Assembly: GCA_964230645.1 (NCBI GenBank)
Contig: CAXRHT010000001.1
Span: forward strand, 704,001 to 768,000
Source: Bdellovibrionales bacterium
Lineage (GTDB): Bacteria > Bdellovibrionota > Bdellovibrionia > Bdellovibrionales > JAGQZY01
Direction of reading: 5' to 3'
DNA length: 64,000 bases
The translations under genes and the position numbers were made by a program. Each line of letters opens with the position of its first letter. Positions within the stretch are counted from its first letter, which is position 1. The notes below the pieces were generated by a model. It was not told where the DNA came from, ran no database searches, and saw nothing but the letters and a program-made list of their open reading frames with translations. This document shows, piece after piece, positions 47,415 to 56,408 of the stretch.

Positions 47415-48113
47415 TTACGATTCACTACTGCGACGACGACGTGGTTTTCTTTTAGGAACACTTTCGTATTTAAAACTTAACCAGTTAAAGGCCTTAAGAG
47501 AGGCTTGATTTAAGTCCTCAGAAATTGTATTCGCTCGGCTTTGTAAAATTCCAAAAGCAACAAGTGCAGGAATAGCCATAATAAGACCGTAAGCTGTGGT
47601 ATTCATCGCCATGGCAATACCTTGAGTTAACATGGCCGCTTTTTCGACAGGATCCACATCGGAAACCGCTGAGAAAGCGTGAATAAGTCCTATAATTGTT
47701 CCAAGTAGTCCAAGTAGAGTTCCCGTGTTACCAAGCATGGCAAGTAGACCCGTGCGCTTATTAAGACGTGAAGACTCATTAAGAAGGACTTCATCCATTT
47801 TGGCTTGAATTTCCTCTCGACCACCCATCTCTAAGGCTGCATTAGCTCCTGCGCGAACCACACGAGCAATGGGGCTGTCTTTTGGTAATGATTTTGAACG
47901 ATCAATGGCTGCGTCTAATCGACCGGCCTTAATATCAGACTCAAAAAAGTTAACGATTTTAGAATTGTCCGTACCTCGGGACATATAGAGCTTCCACACG
48001 CGCTCAAAAATAATGGCGAATGAAAAGGTTTGTGCAACAAAAATAGCCCACATCCAAATTCCACCTTGCGAGAAGGCTTGTACGATTGATTCTACGATTC
48101 CTATATTTTCCAT
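47415..48113 (-). CDS. MotA/TolQ/ExbB proton-channel protein (AglR-like)
   Basis: IIFER, TLLGLLGTIIGLI.AF, GIAMAMNTTAYGL..AIP; GAGGTG RBS before MENIG. Confidence 0.93.
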   Translation of the reverse strand: MENIGIVESIVQAFSQGGIWMWAIFVAQTFSFAIIFERVWKLYMSRGTDNSKIVNFFESDIKAGRLDAAIDRSKSLPKDSPIARVVRAGANAALEMGGREEIQAKMDEVLLNESSRLNKRTGLLAMLGNTGTLLGLLGTIIGLIHAFSAVSDVDPVEKAAMLTQGIAMAMNTTAYGLIMAIPALVAFGILQSRANTISEDLNQASLKAFNWLSFKYESVPKRKPRRRRSSES

Positions 48114-48279
48114 AATTTTCACCTCAATATTGTTTCCACCCCTTCTGATATTCAAAGCTTGTACCGGATCTCAGATCGAAACAGTTGGCACTGCAATGCT
48201 TTGGGCGGGGAAAATGGGGGTAAAAGGTGACGATAAATGTCACGTGTCAGCGTTATTCGTCCCTTTTGGGGCTTGGGGC

Positions 48280-48457
48280 GCAAATATCGCGCTTATCTAT
48301 TTAAAAGTGGCGAGCAATTTGTGATGAGCACGCACCCGGGTGCACTTCGTCTCTCGGACTGCACTATTTCATAGCGCAGACCGAGATACGCAGCGCTCGT
48401 TGCTCGAGCCCATCACAAATTGCTCGCCACTTTTAAATAGATAAGCGCGATATTTGC
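48280..48457. repeat. Element with perfect 47-bp inverted repeats around an 84-nt structured core (MITE/REPIN-like)
   Basis: 48280-48326 is the exact reverse complement of 48411-48457. Confidence 0.92.
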
Positions 48458-48470
48458 TTAACTTTACAAA

Positions 48471-49289
48471 TTATACTTCAAACAAATCTAGATTTAGGCA
48501 GGCTATTGTGGTTTCGGGGGCTTTTGTTATTTCTTTGTCGCATTCGGAGAGGAATTCTCGGATGTTTTCTATTAGCTTTTTTAAGGTTTTTTCATCGAGA
48601 GAGTAAATAGATGTGAAGTGGAGGCGGTTGGGTTTGTTTTTTGTTGGATTTTGTAGGGCTTGCGTGCGCCAGTTTCTGTGGTGAAGAGAGGAGTAAATAC
48701 TTTCGCTGGTTATATGGAGATGGTTTGAGGTGACGCTGTATTTTTGGTTTTTTACTTCGAAAAGCCCTAGTTTCACCAGCAGGTTCAAGGCTCCTGTTAC
48801 TTCGGTTTGACTAACATTCAATCTTTGAGCTGTGGCTTTGATATTATTATTATATTCAGGGATCATCCAGAGCATATGAAGAGCGGTTGGGATCCAGTGG
48901 GAGTAGTACTTTAAGGTGTTTTCTTTAAAGATTCTTTTATTATCAATGAGCATTTCGGACTCGCTTCGACTGAAAAACTGATCTCTTATTGATTGTAGTC
49001 GTTTTTGAATACGAGCTTTCAATTGCGGAGTGCCGGCTCTTGAGAATTGGACCAAATTCATCCAATACTCTCCCTGGAGGTCATCAAGGCCCCAGAATTC
49101 ACAAAGGCCCTCAGCCTGTTCCATTGTGAAAAGCACTTTACCACCGAGTACTTGCGATAAATAAGCGGGCTGGCACCCGGCCGCTTGGGCCATCTGACTG
49201 CGGTAGCCTCGAATTTTCTTTACCGATTTTAATTTTTTTTCAACCCAGGAGGATTCTGATTTGCAGTTAAATATATCGTTATTCTGCAT
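48471..49289 (-). CDS. TIGR02147/DUF4423-family HTH protein
   Basis: RSQMAQAAGCQPAYLSQVL.GK, YYSHW, HHRNWR, LNLDLF. Confidence 0.85.
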   Translation of the reverse strand: MQNNDIFNCKSESSWVEKKLKSVKKIRGYRSQMAQAAGCQPAYLSQVLGGKVLFTMEQAEGLCEFWGLDDLQGEYWMNLVQFSRAGTPQLKARIQKRLQSIRDQFFSRSESEMLIDNKRIFKENTLKYYSHWIPTALHMLWMIPEYNNNIKATAQRLNVSQTEVTGALNLLVKLGLFEVKNQKYSVTSNHLHITSESIYSSLHHRNWRTQALQNPTKNKPNRLHFTSIYSLDEKTLKKLIENIREFLSECDKEITKAPETTIACLNLDLFEV

Positions 49290-49420
49290 ACTTAGAGCCT
49301 TTATTTAATAATTTATTAATTAAACCATTAATAATAAATAAAGAATATGATGCACCCAACCTCTTTGTCCACTACAAATCCGAATCAAGAAATAACAACA
49401 ACTTTTTAAAGGAGAACAAA

Positions 49421-49729
49421 ATGAAAAAATTAATTCTTTGCCTCGGCCTTATTTTACTCGCCCCTCTTTCTCAAGCGGAGCCCAACAACTACGATAACAG
49501 TCTGACGCCTTGTCTTGCCATCTACGCCAGTGACCAAGCTTATTACAGCACAGCTCTTAAGTCTGAAAAATTGGATTTCGTTTTTAGCATTCACTCTATG
49601 CACTTTGAGCGCAAAGGCTCAGCGGCTGGTACTATGTTCATTGAAGCTTCTAGTGGTCAAACCGACGTAATGATTATTCAAATTGAACTGGAACAAGTCT
49701 GTGAGACTGGAAAAGTTGTCGAAGTCTAA
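49421..49729 (+). CDS. Small secreted hypothetical protein
   Basis: AAGGAG RBS, MKK signal peptide, two Cys in the mature part. Confidence 0.8.
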   Translation: MKKLILCLGLILLAPLSQAEPNNYDNSLTPCLAIYASDQAYYSTALKSEKLDFVFSIHSMHFERKGSAAGTMFIEASSGQTDVMIIQIELEQVCETGKVVEV

Positions 49730-49818
49730 GACAATTCCAGTTAATTTTTCAACATTGTAATTAATCGATGGCATAGGGGAAAATATCCTCTATGCTTTTT
49801 TTCATCAGGAGAAGAGCT

Positions 49819-50415
49819 ATGAGGACAGTTTCTTGTTTTTTAATCGTTGTATTTTTCAACATCAACTCGGCGTGGGCCTCCCCTAGCCGATGTGAGTTCG
49901 AGACTTCGAAAGCTGACTATCTTGATTTGTCAGAAACCGACACTCAAAAGCTTTTGGATAAGCTAAAAGTCGTTGGTGACGAGAATCCCCTTAACGCAGG
50001 CCTTTGGCAGGACTTTGAAAACCTCATTCAGAATAACCCTTCTCAAGAGCCTAGAATACAACCTGAAAGCTCTTTAGCTATTCAACATTTACCAGGCTGT
50101 CCTGAACTTTTAGTTTCATCCGACCCCCAGGTCAAAGCGGAGCCTGGAACAACATTAACCTTAAAAAACTTTGCTTTTGAGTGGACTTACAGCTCTCCCG
50201 CGGGAGTCATTCAAGAGGAAAATACTCTTGGCTCTATTTCTTTAAATAAATATATGGTTCTCTCGGGCAATATTCTCATCGAATCCAGTTGTGAGTCTCC
50301 TCTTGGCTGTGATCAAATTGTTCAAGTTTATACGAAGAAGCTTGATATAGAGATTTACCGCATGGGCACTGTTGGAGGCTCTACTTCAGCTGGTGGGATC
50401 ATTCAATTTCAATAA
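49819..50415 (+). CDS. Secreted hypothetical protein
   Basis: AGGAG RBS before MRTVSC, signal peptide ending AWA. Confidence 0.75.
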   Translation: MRTVSCFLIVVFFNINSAWASPSRCEFETSKADYLDLSETDTQKLLDKLKVVGDENPLNAGLWQDFENLIQNNPSQEPRIQPESSLAIQHLPGCPELLVSSDPQVKAEPGTTLTLKNFAFEWTYSSPAGVIQEENTLGSISLNKYMVLSGNILIESSCESPLGCDQIVQVYTKKLDIEIYRMGTVGGSTSAGGIIQFQ

Positions 50416-50610
50416 CCAAAGAAGGCTCCAATCTCGTTCGAGATATAAACTACCTGTTATCTGAATGAGAGTTTCTCACCCCATCTCCATATGTCTAATT
50501 CCTTAACAGTGCCATTCTTTCTTTTTTTCATGTGAGAGCGATTTTGCCCTTATTTTTTGTGACTTCTGTTAAAAATGAATTCCAATCACTCATTTAAAGG
50601 AATTGCGATT

Positions 50611-51132
50611 ATGAGAAGGCCACTGCATTTTTTTCTATTTTTTATTGGTTTTTTATCTTCAAACTTGGTTCTCGCTCAAAATATCAAAGAGGCTCCTATG
50701 GGAAAAGTTCTTCCGGCGATCAGTGCTGAACTTGGGCGGAGTCCAATTCTAATGGATGGACAATATATTCTCGATCACGGGCGAGGAAACAAAACAGTGA
50801 GAAACTGTTATTTTAGAGCCTTTTCAAATTGGGACACGCATATTTTAGCAGACCTAGTTATTCACGACGGTTTTAAAAAATCTGAAGTTAATGGGTTTCA
50901 TTATCCTGTCAATCGAAATTACCATAGCTTTCTGGCCACCGACGGAGAGCAGGGGAAACCAGGCTATGAAGTGAGTTTTTCGCGCAACATGATCACAATA
51001 AAGGATCTTGAGGGACTAAGAGACGGCGAAATTCGCATTCGGTTTTCTTCAGAAGTCTTCGTGGCTGAAAACGTCGAGTCTATCACTTTTGACAAAGGAC
51101 TACTAAGCCCTGGCTTCACTTGTGTCTTTTAA
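50611..51132 (+). CDS. Secreted hypothetical protein
   Basis: AAGGA RBS before MRRPL, signal peptide ending VLA, terminal C-x-F. Confidence 0.75.
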   Translation: MRRPLHFFLFFIGFLSSNLVLAQNIKEAPMGKVLPAISAELGRSPILMDGQYILDHGRGNKTVRNCYFRAFSNWDTHILADLVIHDGFKKSEVNGFHYPVNRNYHSFLATDGEQGKPGYEVSFSRNMITIKDLEGLRDGEIRIRFSSEVFVAENVESITFDKGLLSPGFTCVF

Positions 51133-51145
51133 GTTAGGCGTACCA

Positions 51146-51730
51146 CTATTTACATTCTTTTTTAAGAGGGGCTAAGACTGATATTTTAAAATCAGTCCAC
51201 GTAACACTTTTACCATCCTCTCCTGTGTGGAGGGAACCACACCTTTTCTTCAATGCCGCTATTTGGTCCCCTAAAGAGAACTTTACCGCATCGAAGACAC
51301 CTTCAGCCGTGATCTTTTCTTTATCGACTTTATAGGTGAAGTCTATTTTTTGAGTTTGTTCGTTGATCTTCATTGTGGTTTTCAACTTATCTTTTTCAAT
51401 CTTATCAACTGTCACTTCAACCACGGAATCTCCAAGAATGTTGGCAAATAAAGTTTCCCTTAAGTTTTTGTCTCTCAAAGAATTGCCTGAATCCAGGCTC
51501 ACTAAATCAACTGTGACGACTAGATTTTTTAAAAGGTCACTGGGTCTCTTCTTCCTCTCAGTTTTGTTGAGTTTTACACCGGGGAAATTGCCATCCACCC
51601 CTATCTTTTCTGAAGTCTTATAGCCTGTTCCCGTTATAACAGCCCTTTCTTGGTCAAACTCGTAGGTGCATTCCTTTGAATGAGCGGGAAGAGTAAATAT
51701 AAGTATGATAAAAAACTTTAGAAACTTCAT
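51146..51730 (-). CDS. YceI-family protein
   Basis: SLDSGNSLRDKNLRETLF, C..LH..EDGKSVTW; start reset to MKFLKFF. Confidence 0.8.
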   Translation of the reverse strand: MKFLKFFIILIFTLPAHSKECTYEFDQERAVITGTGYKTSEKIGVDGNFPGVKLNKTERKKRPSDLLKNLVVTVDLVSLDSGNSLRDKNLRETLFANILGDSVVEVTVDKIEKDKLKTTMKINEQTQKIDFTYKVDKEKITAEGVFDAVKFSLGDQIAALKKRCGSLHTGEDGKSVTWTDFKISVLAPLKKECK

Positions 51731-51769
51731 ATCCATTGCTAGCAACCCCACGTGGAACAAATTCCATAA

Positions 51770-51801
51770 AAAAAGGCTCTCCACTCGTAGAAAGCCTTTT
51801 T
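51770..51801 (-). terminator. Intrinsic terminator after the S8 protease gene
   Basis: AAAAGGCT...AGCCTTTT inverted repeat. Confidence 0.55.
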
Positions 51802-51847
51802 AAGTTACCACAGGGACGAATCCTTGGGCAGTCCTGCTAGATCTAGG

Positions 51848-53710
51848 TTATGTCTTGCTCAGTTTTTTAGTCCAGCCTCCAATGGCCGCGACAGCTTCAT
51901 CACGAATATCGCAGAACTGCACACCATAGGCTTTCTTTTCCTCACTCCACACAATTCGACCTTCCACCTGCACCTGTTGGTCCCCTTCAGGGCTTGCGAT
52001 GTTAAGGGTCACAATTCCGCCTTTTTCAAGCAAGGCATCCGTATCGATTCTTGCTCCACCGAGGGAGATTGAACTCATCTGACCGACCAGCTGTTTTTCA
52101 CCCACATTGATTCGAACCTCTGAGTCCATTTTGTAACGAGGGTATTTACGACGACTTTCGATGCTATTCTTTTTACGAATCTTGAGTATGTTAATTAAAA
52201 TAACGGGTGCAAAAAGTAGAGCGAGAAATAGGAGCGTTTTACCACCTGATGGCGTATTGCCTCCGCCACCTTTACCACCACGGTCTTTTAGTACTTTCGC
52301 GATCATTCCACAGCCACCAGCAGCACCTCCGGCACTGGCAGTACTACGAGCAGCACCGCCTGTATATTCTGGCTGATAGCTATCGATATCATTGTTCTGG
52401 ACGAAACCAACGGCTTCAAGCGCATTGATTCTTGAGCGTGAAGCCACGAATCCATTGAGTCCACCGATAGGATCAGAGTGGTCGTAAAGGACACCCTTTA
52501 CCTGGTAGCCATTGATAACACCCTTTTCACGAATCATTAAGGCTGCCAAACCGGCGGCAAAAGGTGCTGCCATACTTGTCCCTGATGAGTACCCAAAGCT
52601 ATCACCAGGAAGTGTACTGAGAATCGAAATACCGGGGCTCGCCACATGAACGGAATTATTCCCGTAATTAGAAAAGCTAGCCAAACTATCTCGAGAAGAA
52701 GTGGCAGCAATGGAAACCACGTTGGGTACTTCGTAACTGGCCGGATAAACAGGAGACGAATCATTATTGTTGGCCGCATTACCAGCCGCTGCAATAAAAG
52801 AAACGCCTTTATTATATCCGTTTGTAATCACATCGTGAAGCGCCTGAGAGTAGTACCCACCACCCCAGGAATTATTAAGAACATTGGCTCCGTTATCTAA
52901 AGCATAGTTGATGGCTGCAAGAGCATCTGAGGTTGAACCAACTCCATTTTCATCAAGAAACTTTAGGGGCATGATTTGTATGACGGCGGGATCCAAATTA
53001 GGAGCAAGGATATTTTGAGTCATTCCCAAAACGATTCCTGCCACATGAGTCCCGTGGTTATCATCGTCCATTGGATCATTTGAGTCAGAAACGAAGTTCC
53101 ATCCGCGTACATCGTCAACATAGCCATTGCCATCATCATCGATATAGTTACCGGGAATTTCGTCTTCGTTGACCCATATGGCTCCACTTTCGTCGAAAAC
53201 ATAGTGGGAGTAATCCACACCGGAATCGATGACGGCCACTACGGGGCGCTCATTGAGCCGTGACAGGATTTGCCAGGCCTCTTCAGCACTGATATTGGCT
53301 TCAGTTTGCCCAAAATCAGTTGGACCTGAAAAACCTTCGTTATTGTTCTCTAGCCCCTCCACTGTCTCAGAGTAAGACATAGGATGACCTTCGATACCTG
53401 CACTTTGTTTTTGGAAGATATAATTAGGTTCAGCGTACTCGACATCAGGATCTAAAAGAAGATCATTCACAGCCTGCTCAACACTTTGACCGGCACCCAA
53501 CTTAAATTGGTGCATATTGAATCTTTTCCAACTGCGCTTTAACGACATTTTGCTATTGAGCGACATCTTGCCAACGAACTTCTGGGTCTGACCAGAGCTG
53601 GCACCTTTTTTCATCTTAACGATAACCTCACCCGGAACATAGTCCTGGGCGGTAGCAGTCAAAGAAAAGACGAGGGCTAAAATAAAAGCAAACGGACTAA
53701 CTAACCACAC
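51848..53710 (-). CDS. Subtilisin-family (S8) serine protease with C-terminal TM helix and PilZ domain
   Basis: VAVIDSG, HGTHVAG and GTSMAAP triad; GGCG linker; TM; RRKYPR...SISLGG...YGVQF PilZ. Confidence 0.93.
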   Translation of the reverse strand: MWLVSPFAFILALVFSLTATAQDYVPGEVIVKMKKGASSGQTQKFVGKMSLNSKMSLKRSWKRFNMHQFKLGAGQSVEQAVNDLLLDPDVEYAEPNYIFQKQSAGIEGHPMSYSETVEGLENNNEGFSGPTDFGQTEANISAEEAWQILSRLNERPVVAVIDSGVDYSHYVFDESGAIWVNEDEIPGNYIDDDGNGYVDDVRGWNFVSDSNDPMDDDNHGTHVAGIVLGMTQNILAPNLDPAVIQIMPLKFLDENGVGSTSDALAAINYALDNGANVLNNSWGGGYYSQALHDVITNGYNKGVSFIAAAGNAANNNDSSPVYPASYEVPNVVSIAATSSRDSLASFSNYGNNSVHVASPGISILSTLPGDSFGYSSGTSMAAPFAAGLAALMIREKGVINGYQVKGVLYDHSDPIGGLNGFVASRSRINALEAVGFVQNNDIDSYQPEYTGGAARSTASAGGAAGGCGMIAKVLKDRGGKGGGGNTPSGGKTLLFLALLFAPVILINILKIRKKNSIESRRKYPRYKMDSEVRINVGEKQLVGQMSSISLGGARIDTDALLEKGGIVTLNIASPEGDQQVQVEGRIVWSEEKKAYGVQFCDIRDEAVAAIGGWTKKLSKT

Positions 53711-53717
53711 ATTAAGT

Positions 53718-53744
53718 CTATCGGACTTTGGTTTTAAATATTTA
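53718..53744 (-). promoter_or_regulatory. Sigma28 (FliA)-like promoter of the S8-PilZ gene
   Basis: Minus strand TAAA-N15-TCCGATAG. Confidence 0.55.
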
Positions 53745-53911
53745 GTCCTAATTCAAAAAAAATTCGGTTTTTTTGAAAAAAAATAAGTGGGTCATTTCGA
53801 AACGCTTTACTCTCAATAGATGCTCATTAAAAGCCCACTCACTATATATATAGACAGAATTCGAATGTTCGTTTCTCACAGTTCTAATTTCAAGGAGAGT
53901 GTCTCAAAATG

Positions 53912-53942
53912 AAAAAGGGACTCACTTTTTGAGTGAATCCCC
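53912..53942 (-). terminator. Intrinsic terminator after ppiD
   Basis: GGGA-CTCACT...AGTGA-ATCCC stem with a T-tract on the minus strand. Confidence 0.6.
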
Positions 53943-53972
53943 TATCTTAGCTTTTACGACTGTTAATACTAT

Positions 53973-55454
53973 TTATCTCAAAATATCAGGATTGATTTTA
54001 ATTGAGGCTTCGTCTTTTAAGGAGTTGGTCCAATCCTGAATCATGGCATTGGCTTTTTGCTGTTTCATCAAGTTTTTGAAAAAGTCCATTTGAGACTGGC
54101 CTTTGTTTTCAGCCATATCAAATCGAGCCCCACGATACTTGAGAAGGTAGGCACTATCCCCTTGATAAACCATTTCACTGGCGTACTCGTTTTCTTGACT
54201 CAACTCCATAGCTTGATCCAAGAACTCCTCACTTCTACCCACACCAGGGATGTTTTCTTTAGTGATATTAAAAAAGCCTGTGGTTTTCCACGTAAGACCA
54301 TTTTTTGTGACTAAGTTTTCCAGTTCACCGTACTTGTTCTCTTTCAGCTTTTCTCTGTAAACATCGAGATTGTCTTCAAAGGAGTTTTCTTGAATAAGCT
54401 GCTTGGCAATTTCAGTTTTTACCTCCTCAAAGGGAGTCACACTGGCCTCTTGTTTATCTTCAACGTAGATGATGTGGTATCCGAACTTTGTCTCAATAGG
54501 CTCTGTGATAGTGCCTGGCTCTGTTGAAAAAGCGGCCTTTTCAAATCCGGGCACCATTCGTCCTCTGGGGAAAAGACCAAGACTTCCCCCTTTGGCTTTT
54601 GAGCCGGGATCATCCGAGTGTTTTTTTGCCATCTCAGCGAAATTTTCTTTGGTGAGGTCTTTGGCTACCTGTTGAGCTTTTTCAAGCGCTTTTTCCATAC
54701 CATCTTCTTTGTCTTTTTCGGCTTTAAAGAGAATATGGCTCGCCTTCACTTTTTCAGGAGTGGTGTATTCTGTTTTATGGGTGTTGTAGTAACCCACAGC
54801 TTTTTTCTCGTTTTCTTTGAGGTATTTCTCTATTTTTTCATCCGTGATGTTTTTGGAGAGCTTGTCGGGTGAGAGCTTAATATAAGAGACATTGATTTGG
54901 GCTTGATCGATTTTCTCGTCGAGGTCATCAACAAGGGGAAGATCTTTTGCGGCAAATCCAATAATCTTTCTCATTTTTTGAATCAAGAGGTCTTGCCTGA
55001 TTTTTCTCTCAAATTCACCTTCACTCATACGAGCCTGTTGTAGGTATTGCTTATACCTTAGGCGGCTAAAGACTCCATCTTCATAAAAAGGTTGAATATC
55101 AAGGAGAGTTTTTGCCACTTCGGCATCACTGACATGGATATTGAGGGCTTCAGCTTTTTGTGTGATCAGGGACTGGTTCACCAAAATATTAATGGTGTTT
55201 TTCTGTAAATCTTTGCGAGCCTCTCTGGTGTCGCCGACCTGAGAGCTATTACTCAGACGGTCATAAGCGTCTTTATAATCTTTTAAACTGATCGCCTCTC
55301 CGTTGACCTCGGCGGCGGCCCCACCCTGCCCAAGAAATTGGGAATTGGGAGAAAAACCGATGAAAACGAAAACCACACAGACGACTGTCAGTAGCGTCCA
55401 TCCGAAGATATTGATGACGGGATTTTTGCGACGCTTTGTCACTGATTCAAACAC
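53973..55454 (-). CDS. ppiD: PpiD-like membrane-anchored parvulin peptidyl-prolyl isomerase
   Basis: N-terminal TM, AAEVNGEAI (SurA_N), ASHIL, SDDPGSKAKGGSLG, FGYHII. Confidence 0.85.
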   Translation of the reverse strand: MFESVTKRRKNPVINIFGWTLLTVVCVVFVFIGFSPNSQFLGQGGAAAEVNGEAISLKDYKDAYDRLSNSSQVGDTREARKDLQKNTINILVNQSLITQKAEALNIHVSDAEVAKTLLDIQPFYEDGVFSRLRYKQYLQQARMSEGEFERKIRQDLLIQKMRKIIGFAAKDLPLVDDLDEKIDQAQINVSYIKLSPDKLSKNITDEKIEKYLKENEKKAVGYYNTHKTEYTTPEKVKASHILFKAEKDKEDGMEKALEKAQQVAKDLTKENFAEMAKKHSDDPGSKAKGGSLGLFPRGRMVPGFEKAAFSTEPGTITEPIETKFGYHIIYVEDKQEASVTPFEEVKTEIAKQLIQENSFEDNLDVYREKLKENKYGELENLVTKNGLTWKTTGFFNITKENIPGVGRSEEFLDQAMELSQENEYASEMVYQGDSAYLLKYRGARFDMAENKGQSQMDFFKNLMKQQKANAMIQDWTNSLKDEASIKINPDILR

Positions 55455-55562
55455 GATTGACCTCCGAAGCTTTTACTCATCCTTATGACAAACTCCCAAC
55501 ATACCTTGAGGAGGGCGTTTTTCCAATTGGATTTCTTATAACAATTTGATAGTTCTCAATAT

Positions 55563-56408
55563 ATGGGGAATTCTCTAAGTTTAAAACAGACCGTTGCTTT
55601 TTTATTACTCTTTGTCCCCGCTCTTATTTTTTATGCATTGCAAAATAATGTTCTTAATGTCGTAAAGGGAACCCCTTTGCAAACACCCGCTCATTGGGTG
55701 CAACTGGCCTACGATGAATTCACCCATTTGGTACAAGAAAGTCTCAATACCTATTTTTATCTCGTGGCCACGAATCGGGAAAATAAGGTTCTTAAAATTG
55801 AGAATGCAAAATTGGCGTCTAGAGTTCAATTGCTCGAGGAGTATCGTAGCGAGAACATTCGACTCCGCGATCTTTTCAAATTCCAACAGGAACTCCCCAG
55901 AGAAACCATCGCCGCCAGAGTCATCTCAAAGGATATTAGTAACGCGAACAACTCTTTTACGATCGACAAAGGCGCCGAGCATGGAGTCAAAAGACTTCAG
56001 GGCGTCATTTCTGCTAACGGGATTGTCGGCTATACCTTTGAGGTTGAACCCAACAGCTCGCGGGTCCTTCTTCTATCTAATCAAAATGCTAGTATCGATG
56101 CGCTTATCCAAAGAACAAGAGCTCGAGGGATTGTGTCGGGAATCAATAGCAAAACCTACGAGCTAAAATATCTAATGCGCAAAGAAGACGCTCAACCTGG
56201 AGACCGGGTCGTGACAAGTGGACGCAAAGGCTTCTTTCCAAAAGGTTTCATTATTGGTGAGATTTCAGAGGTCCGCCATAGCCCCACAGCGGTGAGTTTT
56301 CGTGCAGAGATCAAACCCGCTGTAAAAATAGACCAACTTGAACATGTACTTGTGATTGTCGATAAAAAAGAGGGACTCCCTTCTGAGAGTTTGAAAGCTA
56401 AAAAATGA
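55563..56408 (+). CDS. mreC: Rod shape-determining protein MreC
   Basis: Coiled coil ENIRLR, IDKG..HGV, GD.VVTSG..G.FPKG. Confidence 0.95.
   Translation: MGNSLSLKQTVAFLLLFVPALIFYALQNNVLNVVKGTPLQTPAHWVQLAYDEFTHLVQESLNTYFYLVATNRENKVLKIENAKLASRVQLLEEYRSENIRLRDLFKFQQELPRETIAARVISKDISNANNSFTIDKGAEHGVKRLQGVISANGIVGYTFEVEPNSSRVLLLSNQNASIDALIQRTRARGIVSGINSKTYELKYLMRKEDAQPGDRVVTSGRKGFFPKGFIIGEISEVRHSPTAVSFRAEIKPAVKIDQLEHVLVIVDKKEGLPSESLKAKK

Noticed and set aside
48186..48200. Sigma54 promoter TGGCACTGCAATGC near aglR
   Set aside because: GG-to-GC spacing is 9 rather than 10 nt, and it points away from the operon.
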